From Octopus vulgaris (Eukaryota), in contig OX597840.1 of the NCBI GenBank assembly GCA_951406725.2, positions 868,001 to 932,000 on the forward strand: DNA of 64,000 nt. The letters run 5' to 3'. The notes beneath the pieces are model-generated. The model saw only the letters and a list, made by a program, of their open reading frames with translations, ran no database searches and was not told the origin of the DNA. Position 1 is the first letter of the stretch; every line of letters starts with the position of its first letter. The translations under genes and the position numbers were made by a program. Below, one piece after another: positions 1 to 13,939 of this stretch.

Positions 1-486
1 GGATCTTGTCATGCCCAGGTGCCTTCCAGTTGCTTAGTCTTTGCAGTGCCTGGGTGACCTCTTCAGTTGTTATGGGGGTCCAAGTTTGTTCAGATGCCGA
101 GTTTGTTATTTTGATACTCCTTTTTTTTTGGTGGTTCGTTCGCCGACCATATTTCTCCCCAGAATTCTTCCAATTCTTCTGCCGTTGGTGCTGCAGTGAT
201 TTCTATTTTATTTTTGCCCAGTTCTTGGTAGAACTTTTTGGGGTCGGAGTTGAACTTTTTGTTCTGTTCAAAGAAGCGTTGGCGTTTCTCGTACCGGCGG
301 ATCCTTTGAGCTTTGGCAAGGATATCTTGCTTCAGCTTTTCTTTTATCTCCGGCAAACCTTTTTCTGTGGTGTTATATTTGCGGAGCATTTTTGTTCTCT
401 TTTTGTTGCTCAGTAGCGTTGCTTGTTTGCTGATTTCATTAAGAATCGACAGGTCTTTTCTAATTTTTTTTATTTTGTTTTGGATG

Positions 487-490
<4 letters not shown>
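1..490 (-). mobile_element. R4/Dong-clade non-LTR retrotransposon fragment (region just N-terminal to RT), 5'-truncated at a (TAA)n tract and running off the window edge
   Basis: Minus-strand translation KQDILAKAQRIRRYEKRQRFFEQNKKF...EEFWGEIW, then after a frame break EEVTQALQRLSNWKAPGHDKI (pre-RT NWKAPGxD motif of RLE-type LINEs). It joins directly to (TTA)n at ~491-570. Confidence 0.8.
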
Positions 491-563
<73 letters not shown>

Positions 564-782
564 CATTATTACTATATATATATATATGCCTACGTGAAGT
601 CGCGGGGCAAAGTAAGGGAGAATGAGGTTCACCGATATTAGGTCATCCGTTGGATTCCCGATCGCTTGTTTTGTACTTGAGGACTAAACTGCATTTCACG
701 TTACTCCAGTTCGAATCTGGCAAAATATGAGCCAGTATAGTATAGATACATGTATAGATGCAGGCGTGTCCCTATGGTAATG

Positions 783-1162
783 GATGATGGAAGCACTCCG
801 TCGGTTGCGACGACGAGGGTCCCGGTTGATCCGAATCAACGGAACAGCCTGCTCGTGAAATTAACGTGTAAGTGGCTGAGCACTCCACAGACACGTGGTG
901 TACCCTTAACGTAGTTCTCGGGGGTATTCAGCGTGACACAGAGATTGACAAGGCTGGCCCCTTGAAATACAGGTACAACAGAAACAGGAAGTAAGAGTGA
1001 GAGAAAGTTGTGGTGAAAGAGTACAGCAGGGATCACCACCATCCCCTGCCTTAGCCTCGTGGAGCTTTAGGTGTTATTCGCTCAATAAACACTCACAACG
1101 CCCGGTCTGGGAATCGAAACCGCGAGTCCGCTGCCCTAACCACTAGGCCATTGTGCCTCCAC
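783..1162 (-). mobile_element. tRNA-derived SINE family A, first unit of a tandem pair
   Basis: Reverse complement starts GTGGAGGCACAATGGCCTAGTGGTTAGGG (A box) and contains GGTTTCGATTCCC (B box). Nearly identical to 1184-1572 and 13986-14366. Confidence 0.9.
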
Positions 1163-1183
1163 AGTACATGTATGCTGACTTCT

Positions 1184-1572
1184 GATGGAAGCACTCCGTC
1201 AGTTACGACGACGAGGGTTCCGGTTGAGCCGAATCAACGGAACAGCCTTCTCGTGAAATTAACGTGCAAGTGGCTGAGCACTCCACAGACACGTGTACCC
1301 TTAATGTAGTTCTCGGGGATATTCAGCGTGACACAGAGAGTGACAAGGCCGGCCCCTTGAAAAACAGGTACAACAGAAACAGGAAGTAAGAGTGAGAGAA
1401 AGTTGTGGTGAAAGAGTACAGCAGGGATTACCACCATCCCCTGCCTTAGCCTCGTGGAGCTTTAGGTGTTATTCGCTCAATAAACACTCACAACGCCCGG
1501 TCTGGGAATCGAAACCGCGATCCTATGACAGCGAGTCCGCTGCCCTAACCACTGGGCCATTGCGCCTCCACT
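1184..1572 (-). mobile_element. tRNA-derived SINE family A, second unit of the tandem pair
   Basis: Same head, body and tail as 783-1162. CCTATGGTAATG is duplicated outside the pair (771-782 and 1575-1586). Confidence 0.9.
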
Positions 1573-1764
1573 CTCCTATGGTAATGTATACCCAAACATT
1601 GATATATACACATACACCTGAAAAATACCGAAAATCATGTGGTATAGCTAGAAAGTGAAACTTTGTCTCAGAATTACGTGTTCTTCATAACAAACCACCA
1701 GCAGGTTATCTATAACAAATCGAAATTTTCCTATTGTTCTGTTGTATCTTTTTATTAAGACAGC

Positions 1765-1955
1765 AAGCTGCCAGGTTCAATTGCACGCCAGACAAAATGA
1801 TTGTGGGATTTCGACCTGTACTTAGGCTATGAGTTTAAATACCACCGTGGTCGAACTTGTTTTTCGTCCTTTCGAGGTCGGTATAGTAAGTACCAGTCGA
1901 GCACTGGAGTCGCAACAATCAACTAACAACCCTCCCGCCAATTTTTCTTGTGCTT
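1765..1955 (+). mobile_element. Degenerate SINE family C copy
   Basis: TTTTCGTCCTTTCGAGGTCGGTATAGTAAGTACCAGT matches the family C core GCCTTTCATCCTTTCGGGGTCGATAAATTAAGTACCAG. Confidence 0.55.
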
Positions 1956-1967
1956 AAAATAGAAAGG

Positions 1968-2023
<56 letters not shown>

Positions 2024-2030
2024 CATCCTT

Positions 2031-2131
<101 letters not shown>

Positions 2132-2132
2132 C

Positions 2133-2979
2133 GTGTGAGAGAGCAGTGACATTGGGATAAAATATACTTTTGCTTTACATTTGTACAAGTTGGCTCTAAG
2201 TCTCACCCAGAGACCTCAAGAGACAACAAGTTGGAAGTTTGTGTTGGTGTTATGCCTAGGGTGCCATATATTTGGTTTTGTACATAGTATTGTTCTAGAG
2301 AATGTTTAAGAAACCATAAGAAAATTATGTTTGTTTTAAAACTTGAGATTACATAGAAAGTATTTTGCGTAGGATATGAGCAGTTCCCATGAGAACTATC
2401 TTTTGAATTTCTGCCATTTTGGGGTTTCCTGGTATCTGAACTAGGTAGCAATCATTCACAGGGCACCTATGACAACAGGCATTGTTTTTGTCTTCAGGTT
2501 TCACATTTAACTAACTTCTATTTCAAGATCTTTATATTTGCTCAGTTTTTGGTAGGTCTTGTCAAATACATTTATGTCAATTGGGACAGTCATATCAATG
2601 AGGAGGCATGTTCTTTGTCTGAAGTCTTTAAATATGATGTCTTGCCTATTTGCATCTATCTTTCTGTCAGTTTGAATGGTGAAGTTCCAGAGGAGTGAGA
2701 TGTGGTCATTTTCAAGCACTGGAGGTGGTTTGTATTCCCACCAGTTTTTTTCATGGGGCAAATCCAGGTTTTTGCAAATAACCCAGTGAATATATTGTGC
2801 AGCTCTATCATGCCTGTTGAGATACTCTCTGGGCGCTAGAAGACTGCACTTGGAGACAATATCAATGGTTTCATGTTGTTGTTGACATACACGACATGTT
2901 GGGCTACTGCCGTTCTTTAATATGTTGGCCTGGTATTTCTTGTTGGTAGGCATTGATCTTGAGCTGCTATGATAAACCC

Positions 2980-2980
<1 letters not shown>
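2133..2980 (-). mobile_element. R4/Dong-clade LINE 3' end (zinc knuckle, RLE endonuclease, ~215-nt 3' UTR), flanked on both sides by (TAA)n
   Basis: CRVCQQQHETID-IVSKC knuckle, RHD motif, and DANRQDIIFKD...LLIDMTVP...KLSKYKDLEIE (PD-(D/E)xK-type RLE). The frame ends HILRKILSM* near 2350 and has stops/frameshifts. Confidence 0.88.
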
Positions 2981-3395
<415 letters not shown>

Positions 3396-3946
3396 GAGTG
3401 AGAGAGCAGTTCATGCCATCAAAGTGACACTGGGCTAAAATATTCGAAGCCCAATATACCCATCATGACTACCCGTCTGATAAGGGTACACCAGGCACAT
3501 GCATCACAACCATATGTGCACGACATGGTGATATCATATTAAGATAAACAGCACATGACCTTGCAGCTGGGGCCCAGTTAGAATTTTCTTCAGGTTGAGT
3601 AGCACATCCCGCTCAAAAGGTCCCTGAATAAGGGTTGTTTAAGGATGTTGAAAGAACCACCCATGTTTCCAGAGGTGAATTATTCAAATCCCAAAGAATC
3701 CCTCTCATCACATGGTTATGATGCTCCCCCACTACTTCTGCTCGTGATCAGAGATGCACATATCGTCAGCCACTAAGGGACATGCTCAACTGGTTAAGGT
3801 TAAACAACTGACAAGAAAATCTGTGGTATTGAGCAGAATATTTGCTGTAGCCCATCTTTTATACCAAGACTATACAATGTACATGACACTTCCAATCAGT
3901 TAAATTCAGTAGCCATGAGAACTACTGCCTGGTACTGCATCAGGGC

Positions 3947-3947
<1 letters not shown>
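3396..3947 (-). mobile_element. ~550-bp non-coding (TAA)n-embedded retroelement (family T), apparently full length
   Basis: Sense strand starts TGCCCTGATGCAGTACCAGGCAG and ends CTGCTCTCTCACTC followed by (AAT)n. Four more copies are in the window, all in TAA tracts. Confidence 0.85.
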
Positions 3948-4024
<77 letters not shown>

Positions 4025-4041
4025 CATTATCATTGTTATTA

Positions 4042-4085
<44 letters not shown>

Positions 4086-4093
4086 CATTATCA

Positions 4094-4185
<92 letters not shown>

Positions 4186-4192
4186 CATTATC

Positions 4193-4268
<76 letters not shown>

Positions 4269-4294
4269 AATTATCATTATTATTATTATTTTTA

Positions 4295-4331
<37 letters not shown>

Positions 4332-4961
4332 CATTATTATTATTATTATTTTTATTATCATTATTATTATTATCATTATTATTATTGTTGTTGTTATTAA
4401 TGCGGTGAGTTGGCAGAACCGTCTGTTTCTTTACCTTCTGCGTACATTTCCGTCAAGGTCAACATTGCCTTTGGTCCTTTCGGGGTTCGATAAAATAAGT
4501 AGAAGTTTGAACACAGTGGTCAATTTAATCCACAAACCATCCCCGAAAATTTGCATACGTTGTACCAATTACAGAAAGCACTGTCACAGGCATCGAACTA
4601 TTAATATCATCGTATTCCTTGGAAGCTTCTTACGTATCATGTCATAGCTACAGTTAAGTGAAAGAAGACGAAATCAGTAGATACTTGATATTCGTGTGTT
4701 TCTACACTTATTCATCTGAATGCCAAAATGATATCATCTGCATCGCCATTAGGTCTCAAATCTAATTGATTTTATCACGTCGCCTGTTTTTATCATTGCT
4801 TCTTACGGAAGACTACATTCAGCACAAATTGTTGCCATAGACGAGGTAAAAATCACATACTGATATTTGTTGAGTTTCGAGATTTTTAATACACACATAT
4901 ACATATACATATATATATCTATATCTATATATATATGTGTGTGTATATATATATATGTATA

Positions 4962-5014
<53 letters not shown>

Positions 5015-5172
5015 ACCATTAAAGATGGTGTAGATGTACGATACATGGTAACAAATAACAGGATACGTGTTCTGTCTTTTGGTTGTGTCTCTGGGTTGCA
5101 TACGCTAAATATTATATTTCACATTAATATATTAACCACGCGCTTAGCCCTTCATATACATACATGCATACA

Positions 5173-5204
<32 letters not shown>

Positions 5205-5415
5205 CATACATACATACATATGTATATATATATATATGCATAATCATGCATACGTATATATATATACACACACATATATATATGTGTGTGTGTATATATA
5301 TATGTATAACTTTATATCTATGAATTACATAAATGTACATATATATGTATATATATATATATATATACATATATACGCACGAATATGTATAAATATATAT
5401 ATACATATATATATG

Positions 5416-5486
<71 letters not shown>

Positions 5487-5499
5487 ATATATCTATATA

Positions 5500-5595
<96 letters not shown>

Positions 5596-6114
5596 TTATG
5601 TTTAAACGTATATGTATATGCATGTATATATTTATGTGTAGGCATGTATCTATATGTGCGTGTCGGTGTGATTCTGTGTGACGTACAATGCAGACGGCCA
5701 ACGTGCAGACATCAATAAAGCCGGCAAGTGTTTATATCAAACGATCGTGACTGCTGTAAAGTGTTGAGCGGCAAAAGAGCAACCACTCCCCGAACAGCCA
5801 CCACCACCACCATGACCACCACGATTACAGCAACAATAGCAACAGCGACAACAACAGCGATAAGGAGGCAAACAAATACAAGGATGGCAGATAGAGAAGC
5901 AACAACGTTGATAATCGGCGCAATAGTTACAACAATAGAAAAATAACAACAATGGCTGCTCTAACGACGGTAAGAGTTACACCAGCGACCTCAATGTCAC
6001 CACGCTCATAAATAACATTAACAGCAACAACGACAACAGCAAGAAAGAATATAACATGATGTAAGATATAAGTGTATCTAACATCATCATGTTAGATACA
6101 TCAGTCATATATAA

Positions 6115-6885
6115 TAGGCGGCGAGCTGGCAGAAACGTTAGCACGCCGGGCGAAATGCGTAGCCGTATTTAGTCTGCCGTTACGTTCTGAGTTCAAATTC
6201 CACTGCTGCCGACTTTGCCTTTTATTCTTTCGGTGTCGATAAATTAAGTACCAGTTATGCACTGAGGTCAATGTAATCGTCTTAATCCGTTTTCCCTTCT
6301 GTGTTTAGCCCCTTGTGGGTAGTAAAGAAATAAGTATGTTGTCTGCCGTTACCCTCTGAGTTCAAATTCCGCCGAGGTCGACTTTACCTTTCATCCTTTC
6401 GGGGTCGATTAAATAAGTACCAGTTGCACACTGGGGTCGATGTCATCGACTTACTACCTATGTCTGTCCTTGTTTGTCCCCTCTGTGTTTAGCCCCTTAT
6501 GTATAGTAAATAAATAGGTATTTCGTCTGCCGTTACGCTCTGAGTTCAAATTCGGCCGAGGTCGACATTGCCTTTCATTCTTTCGGGGTCGATTAAATAA
6601 GTACCAGTTACGCACTGGGGTCGAATATAATCGTCTGAATCCGTTTATCTGTCCTTGTTTGTCCTCTCTGTGCTTAGCACCTTGTAGGTAGTAAAAGAAA
6701 TAGGTATTTCGTCTGCCGTTATGTTCTGAGTTCAAACTCCGCCGCGGTCAACTTTGCCTTTCATCTTTTCGGGGTCAATTAAATAAGTACCAGCTACGCA
6801 ATGGGGTTGATATAATCGTCTTAATCTGTTTATCTGTCCTTGTTTGTCCTCTCTGTGTTTAACCCCTTGTGGGTAGCAAAGAGGT
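6115..6885 (+). mobile_element. SINE family C with one head and four tandem 170-186-bp body units
   Basis: Head GGCGGCGAGCTGGCAGAAACGTTAGCACGCCGGG occurs once. A TCTGCCGTTA...TCTGAGTTCAAA unit start recurs at ~6173, 6343, 6526 and 6712. Confidence 0.85.
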
Positions 6886-6974
6886 AAGTAATATAATAAT
6901 GATAAAAAGAATAGCTACAGCAAGTGTGAGAGGGGTGGAAATAGCGGCATATGCAGAATGTGTGGTGAGAGGGG

Positions 6975-7547
6975 TTTAAATGGTATGGCACATCGTTAGC
7001 GGATGTTGAATTTGGCACAGCGCGAATACAAAAGACGCCATGACAGTGTGGTAAGAACGATCCAGTGGGAGATCTGTGGAAATCACGGCTTACAAAGACG
7101 TGGTATGAAAATACCCCAGAAGGAGTCACCAAAAATTAGAATTACAAAATCTTGTAGGATGCAAGGATCCAGTGCGATCAGCCGACCAGTCACCGGAAAG
7201 CGGACGTTGTTGTGGTGAATAAAAAAGAAAGAACATGCTCCGGGGACAACAGGATCAATGTCAAAGAAGAGGTAATAATAATCAACTATGACGATTTGAA
7301 GTGAGAAAAACGAAGGTTGCGGTCAATGAAGAGAGTACACGGGATACCAATAGTAATTTTTATCAGCACTGAACTATCAACATGGCTGAAAAAAGATCGC
7401 TGCAAGTGTGAATGTAGAAAACCTACAAAAATCAGCATTGCTTGGGACTGCTAGATTTCTTCTCAGGTTTGTTGAAGCATGACCAGTATAGACGTGTCTC
7501 ATTAGTCTGCTGGCTGTGAACAGCTGACACTTTCCATCATACTCAGC

Positions 7548-7548
<1 letters not shown>
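6975..7548 (+). mobile_element. Decayed R4/Dong-clade LINE 3' end (a different subfamily) followed by (TAA)n
   Basis: LAQREYKRRHDSVVRTIQWEICG, ADVVVVNKKERTC and LQKSALLGTARFL in broken frames. It ends directly in AATAATAAT. Confidence 0.75.
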
Positions 7549-7615
<67 letters not shown>

Positions 7616-7720
7616 TAATAATAGTAATAGGAATAATAATAATGATAATAATAATAATAATAATACTGATAATAATAATGATAATAATAATAATCATTAT
7701 TATTATTGTTATTATTATTA

Positions 7721-7778
<58 letters not shown>

Positions 7779-8256
7779 CAGTATTATTATTATTGTTATT
7801 ATTATCATTATTATATATAAATGTTGGTGCTGATAGTTATGATGATGATGATGATGATGGTGATGATGACAATGCTGATGATGATGAGGAAGTGGAGGAG
7901 GAAGGGAGTATTAGGAGGAGGAGGGGAAGATTACGAGGAGGATATCGGTGGCGATGATGAGGATGACGATGAAGATGATCGTGTTAATGTCGATGATGAT
8001 GATGATAATGACGACTATGACGACGATGATAGCAAGAACAACAAGATAATAGATAAAGCGCGAGTATTAAATTTACGTCACAGAGATAAAAGAAAAGAAA
8101 ACAACAACAACAACAAGAACAACAACAGTAACAACATTTTTGAAAAGATTAAGACAACTTCGAGAGACAAGGAGCCAGAAAATCTGGTGGAAAAACACGC
8201 ACACAGATTTATACGCTTATAAACGCACATGCATACATACACACATATATACACAC

Positions 8257-8287
<31 letters not shown>

Positions 8288-8300
8288 AATGTATATATAT

Positions 8301-8714
8301 ACTCTTGTATTCTTTTACTTGTTTCAGTCATTTGACTGCGGCTATGCTGGAGCACCGCCTTTAGTCGAGCAAATCGACCCCGGGACTTAGTCTTTGTAAG
8401 CCCAGTACTTATTCTATCGGCTCTTTTTGGAGAACCGCTAAGTGACGGTGACGTAAACACACCAGCATCGGTTGTGAAGCAATGCTAGGGGGACAAACAC
8501 AGACACACAAACATATATATACGCACTTACATATATATATGTACATATATACGACAGGCTTCATTCAGTTTCCGTCTACCAAATCCACTCACATGGCATT
8601 GTTCGGCCCGAGGCTATAGCAGAAAACACTTGCCCAAGATGCCACGCAGTGGGACTGAACTCGGAACGATGTGGTTGGTAAGCAATCTACTTACCGCACA
8701 GCCACTCTGGCGCC

Positions 8715-8715
<1 letters not shown>
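8301..8715 (-). mobile_element. SINE family B, full length
   Basis: tRNA-like head, a CTTGGGCAAGTGT core, an internal TA/CA microsatellite, and a GACTGAAACAAGTAAAAGA tail. Matches 59003-59424 and 60069-60455. Confidence 0.88.
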
Positions 8716-8746
<31 letters not shown>

Positions 8747-9214
8747 AATATATATATTTATATATAGACACAGATGCACATACAGACATGACTTTATTTA
8801 GATGCATATAGACACACAGACAGATACTCCAAAGAAATCCATGTATGTTTACAAGGCCTCCATGTAGGGCACTTATTAACATAGAATATATTACCATAAA
8901 AAATGGTTGGACGTGTAAATATAAGTACTTTCGTGTGTTTTGGACATGTGTACTTGTACGCACGTGTGTGTGTGTGTGTGTGTCTGTGTGTGTGTGTGGC
9001 GTATGAATGTGGTTATGAGTGCTCGTTTTCGTACACGTATCTGTTTTTGTGTACATGTATCTGTGTACGCATATATTTGTATATCCGTGTGAAGCTGTGA
9101 CATTCATTGAAGACATAATCAAAGACAAATACACACACACACACATGCACGGACATATATTTACATATAGCCTGTACCACGCGCATAAACCTGCACGTAC
9201 ACAAACATATATAC

Positions 9215-9271
<57 letters not shown>

Positions 9272-9477
9272 TGCACACATATACTTATATATATATATAC
9301 GGATATATATATAGAGAGATACGTATATATATATACACACACATATATACACACACATATACATATAGATACATACAAACATACATATATACGTACATAC
9401 ACACACACACACACATATATATATATACATGCACACACTTATATATATTTATGTATATATATATATATTTATATATG

Positions 9478-9526
<49 letters not shown>

Positions 9527-9903
9527 CTTGTGTATGTATTTTTGTGTGTGTAGTTATGTCTATATATGGATGTATATATTAAATATATGTTATACGCAAA
9601 CCTACAAATCTCTTTACGTGTATATAAAAGGCCATACATGCACAGACGCAACTACACACACACACACACAGACACACACACACAAGCACACACATATACA
9701 CACAAACACGATATATATGTGTGAATGTGTGAAAAGTATGTGTATGAAAATACGTATCTGTGTGTGTGTGTGTGTTTGTATATGAGTCTGTCTGTATCTG
9801 TGTGGCTTTCTACGTGAATTTTGTATGTGTGTGTATTCTCGCGCGCGCTTTTTGTATGCATGAATTTATAACTGTCTGTAAAGTGTGTGTGTATGTGAGT
9901 GAG

Positions 9904-9957
<54 letters not shown>

Positions 9958-10240
9958 TGTGCGTCTGTATCCTGAGATAAAACATCAAAGCGTTCGGTTT
10001 ATTCTTTCTGATTGCTTTGGCAATTTGAATATATCGATAATTAAAAGAAAAAAAGAACGAAAGAAAGGAAAAGAGAAAGAAGGCAAAGAAACGCTAAAAC
10101 AAAAAAGGCGAAAGAAATGGTGTAATTAAATAAATAAACAAATAAATGAAATATTTGAATACAAAATATGTGAACACACAAACACACATATATGTAAATA
10201 TAAACATATATGTATATTTATATATATACGTATATATATC

Positions 10241-10281
<41 letters not shown>

Positions 10282-10309
10282 ATTTATATATATATGCGTA
10301 TATATATAC

Positions 10310-10363
<54 letters not shown>

Positions 10364-10799
10364 ACGGGAGGTAGTTTGTTGGTGTTGAAGGCGGACATCT
10401 TTGCGCTTTAATAATATCATTACAATATTCTTTTCAATACATATTATATCAATATAGCAGAGTATCTTAATGATAAGTCGACAATAAATAAGGAAGTATT
10501 AACAATAACAATAACAAAAAACAACAAACAACAAACACTACACACATCACTACCCACCGCCACTACCACCACCACCACCACTACCAACAACAATAACAAC
10601 AACAACAACAACATCAAACATATTCACCAACGGTGATAGGAAAAAAATATATTGAGAAATATATATATGAATATATAAATAAATATATAATACTTCTTTC
10701 ATCATTTTGCCCCCGGGTTCAATTCCCGGTCGAACCCAATTGCTCTACGCTGTTAGTGCCCCAGCATGGCCGCCACTTTTATGCTGAATTGCAGAAAAT

Positions 10800-10965
10800 A
10801 ATATTCGTTTCTACTCTAGGAACAAAGCCCGAAATTTCTGGGGCGGGAGCCAGTCGAGCAGATCGAACCCAGTTCGCAAATAGTACTTAATTTATCGACT
10901 CCGAAAGGGTTAAAGGGAAAGTCGACCCGGGCGGAATTTGAACTCTGGACGTAAAGGAAGACGAA
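10800..10965 (-). mobile_element. SINE family C fragment
   Basis: GTACTTAATTTATCGACTCCGAAAGGGTTAAAGGGAAAGTCGAC is the reverse complement of the family C core. Confidence 0.65.
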
Positions 10966-10970
10966 ACTCC

Positions 10971-11151
10971 AAAGGGGAGGTGTTGCGAGGATAATAGTAA
11001 TAATGCTACACGCCTTGCAAGTGACGAGTGGTATGTCACGGTCATTATAAATACAGTCAATCAGTGTCAGTGTAGTAGAGAGTACGGAGCAGATGGTCAT
11101 AGACAGTCGTGGTCTTAATTCTCTAACTATACCGGAGTGGGCGTTACAACA
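10971..11151 (+). mobile_element. Candidate LTR-retrotransposon 3' LTR (~171 bp) with upstream polypurine tract
   Basis: AAAGGGGAGG lies immediately before TGTTGCGA (10981). There is an internal TATAAATA (~11047), and the segment ends TTACAACA (11151), giving TG...CA termini with a short inverted repeat. No internal domain or TSD was seen. Confidence 0.5.
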
Positions 11152-11397
11152 GTTCGACAGTGGATTACCACAGAAACAATTCTTAAAAGTGAATGAAAGA
11201 AATGAATGAAAGCGAATGAAAGAAACTCATAACAAAACAGCAGTCATTTCATCACTCAAGTATGAGGTCTCTATTACTCGTTTTCCTCCAATATGCAGTA
11301 TACCTCTTCAGAGCATGCCAACTCATTTGCACCTTCTTTGCCACATTCATCCAACTGTCATCTAATATGCTACAACACAATAGATCCCTATTCGGTT

Positions 11398-11805
11398 ACT
11401 CTTTTACTCTTTTACTCTTTTACTTGTTTCAGTCATTTGACTGCGGCCATGCTGGAGCACCACCTTTAATCGAGCAACTCAACACCGGGACTTATTCTTT
11501 GTAAGCCCAGTACTTATTCTATCGGTCTCGTTTGCCGAACCGCTAAGTGACGGGGACATAAACACACCAGCATCGGTTGTCAAGCAATGCTAGGGGAACA
11601 AACACAGACACACAAACACACACGCACATACATATATATACATATATACGACGGGCTTCTTTCAGTTTCCGTCTACCAAATCCACTCAAAAGGCTTTGGT
11701 CGGCCTGAGGTTATAGTAGAAGACACTTGCCCAAGGTGCCACGCACGCAATGGGACTGAACCCGGAACTATGTGGTTGGTTAGCAAGCTACTTACCACGC
11801 AGCCA
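11398..11805 (-). mobile_element. SINE family B
   Basis: Same body as the other family B copies, with a tandem CTCTTTTA tail. Confidence 0.88.
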
Positions 11806-12180
11806 ATTCTTTTTTTTTACAATACTATTAAGTTTATTATCTTTCGCCACCCCGTTTTAATCTCGCTCACCCATTTGTGAAAACCGACAATCATATATAG
11901 ACTGTGTATCGTTCCTGGTCCAAGCAAAGCAGTGAGATGATATTCACAAACGGTTTAAAGATGGTAGCTGGATCAATCCTACATGCAGCACAAGCTCGGC
12001 ATAACACTGTAAACCTGTAATACCCCTACAGTGGCCGAAATCATGTAAAGCACTTTCTTCATTCTGCACACACTTTGACGTGGCCAGAATAATGGTTCTT
12101 TAGCATAGTAATGTTAATCCACGAATTTTTGCGTATTTCACTGAAGTCCAGAATGAAATTAGCGTCTGTTAAACTATTTT

Positions 12181-12340
12181 CTTCTACTTGTTTCAGTCAT
12201 TTGACTGTGGCCATGTTGGTGCACCGCCTTTAGTCGAGCAAATCTACCCCAGGACTTATTCTTTGCAATCCTAGTACTTATTCGATATGTCACTTTTGCC
12301 GAACCGCTAAGTTACGGGGGCCTTAACAACCCAACATCGG
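12181..12340 (-). mobile_element. 5'-truncated SINE family B inserted at the end of the Penelope-like remnant
   Basis: Only the 3' half of family B is present. CTATTTT on both sides is a possible TSD. Confidence 0.75.
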
Positions 12341-12344
12341 CTAT

Positions 12345-12770
12345 TTTTCTGCTTTGGGGAATTTTTATCTGGGATCTGTGCAGGGCCATTCTTGGACGTA
12401 GACTGTTTTTTGTTTGGTCTATGTATTGATTTTCACACCCAGAGCAGGTTAGTGCGTATATCAGGTTCTCCGAAGCACATGTAAAGTTGCTTTTCACTGT
12501 TAAACTTTGTCCCTATTTGAAGGAAAACTCTGATCCCTCAATTAGATAATCACATATCCCACAATTGAGTCTTCCACATTTTTTACAGACGGCTTCTGCG
12601 TTGTTGAGCGTATTCGGGCTTCTGTTAGGAGATTTTTCATACACTCGGGCTGTCTCTTGCTTTGTATGATAGTGTGTGTTTGAAAGATGAAGTTCATCAT
12701 TCTGTGGTCCTTTTTTAGCAGGGGATATGTTTTGGAGGATGGTGTCGATAGCATTTTCTATCTGGACTTT
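12345..12770 (-). mobile_element. Penelope-like element remnant: Cys-rich linker plus GIY-YIG endonuclease (Neptune-like)
   Basis: IIQSKRQPECMKNLL, a C..C.ICDY linker, then NFTCASENLIYALTCSGCENQYIDQTKNSLRPRMALHRSQI (LIY...YI(G>D)QT...R...H pattern). Frameshifted. Confidence 0.8.
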
Positions 12771-12813
12771 TTTCCATACATATCACCTCGTGTGTTCCTT
12801 TGCATCCTTCTAC

Positions 12814-12875
<62 letters not shown>

Positions 12876-12900
12876 TGTGTTTCGTTCCTGGTCCAAGCAT

Positions 12901-12946
12901 AAACTGTCTGATGAACGGCAACGAGAAACTCAGAGTAACAGATTTT
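12901..12946 (+). ncRNA. Minimal type I hammerhead ribozyme motif (family H1)
   Basis: AAACTGT-CTGATGA-ACGGCAACGA-GAAA-CTCAGAG-TA-ACAGATTT: stem I ctgt/acag, short stem II, stem III CTC/GAG. Followed by AATAAA and (TA)n. Confidence 0.75.
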
Positions 12947-12973
12947 GTTGAATTTTCTGCTGCTTAAAATAAA

Positions 12974-13073
<100 letters not shown>

Positions 13074-13808
13074 TTACGCACACACGTGCTAAGAAGCTTG
13101 CTTTCCAACCACATGGTCCCGGCTTCAGTACCACTTCCTGTATATATGTGTATATTCATGAATATTCAGTGTTTACGCCGCCCCCGTAACTTAGCAGTTC
13201 GGTAAAAGAATCCGTCAAAAAAAGTACTAGGCTTAGAAAACAGAAGTCCTAGCGTCGAATTGTTCAGCTAAAATCTTTGAAGGTGGTGCTCCAGCATCGC
13301 CATAGTCAAGTGCAGGAATAAAAGAATACATATATATATATCCGAGTATGTATGAATGTGTATAGAAGAAGATATCAATCAAGGGACTTCCAACTGAGAC
13401 TGATTTTCCACAATTGACAATTGTGTCAACATTTGTCAACAGTGACAGACGACTGTCCCTATTGACACCAGATGACTGCATAATGCATCGAAGTAGTAGT
13501 TTGGTTCAATATTGTAAAAGTGCAAATAATAAAACGAGGGAAATCAGAGTAAGTTGGTTTTCATTATTTGATATAGAGGTTGGGTCAAAAGTCCCCTGAC
13601 AGTAAATCAAAACCATTTAATTCCAAGATTTATGTATGTTTAACAAGTGAATGAATTTGTTATAAAGCCCGTTAGTATGAAACGTTATTAAAATTGTTCA
13701 AACTAAAGTCCTTCTTGAGCGACACGTTTTTCAATTCGAGTCAATACAAAATTACAGATAATACTTATGGAATTTTCCTTTACTGTTGAGTGACCTTTGT
13801 CCAACATA

Positions 13809-13874
<66 letters not shown>

Positions 13875-13877
<3 letters not shown>

Positions 13878-13939
13878 GCGCAACGGTAGCGCGTCTGACT
13901 CCAGATCAGAAGGCTGCGTGTTCGAATCACGTCGGGGTC

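Noticed and set aside
6115-6885. CRISPR-like array
   Set aside because: The units are whole ~180-bp repeats without unique spacers, there are no cas genes, and the context is eukaryotic.
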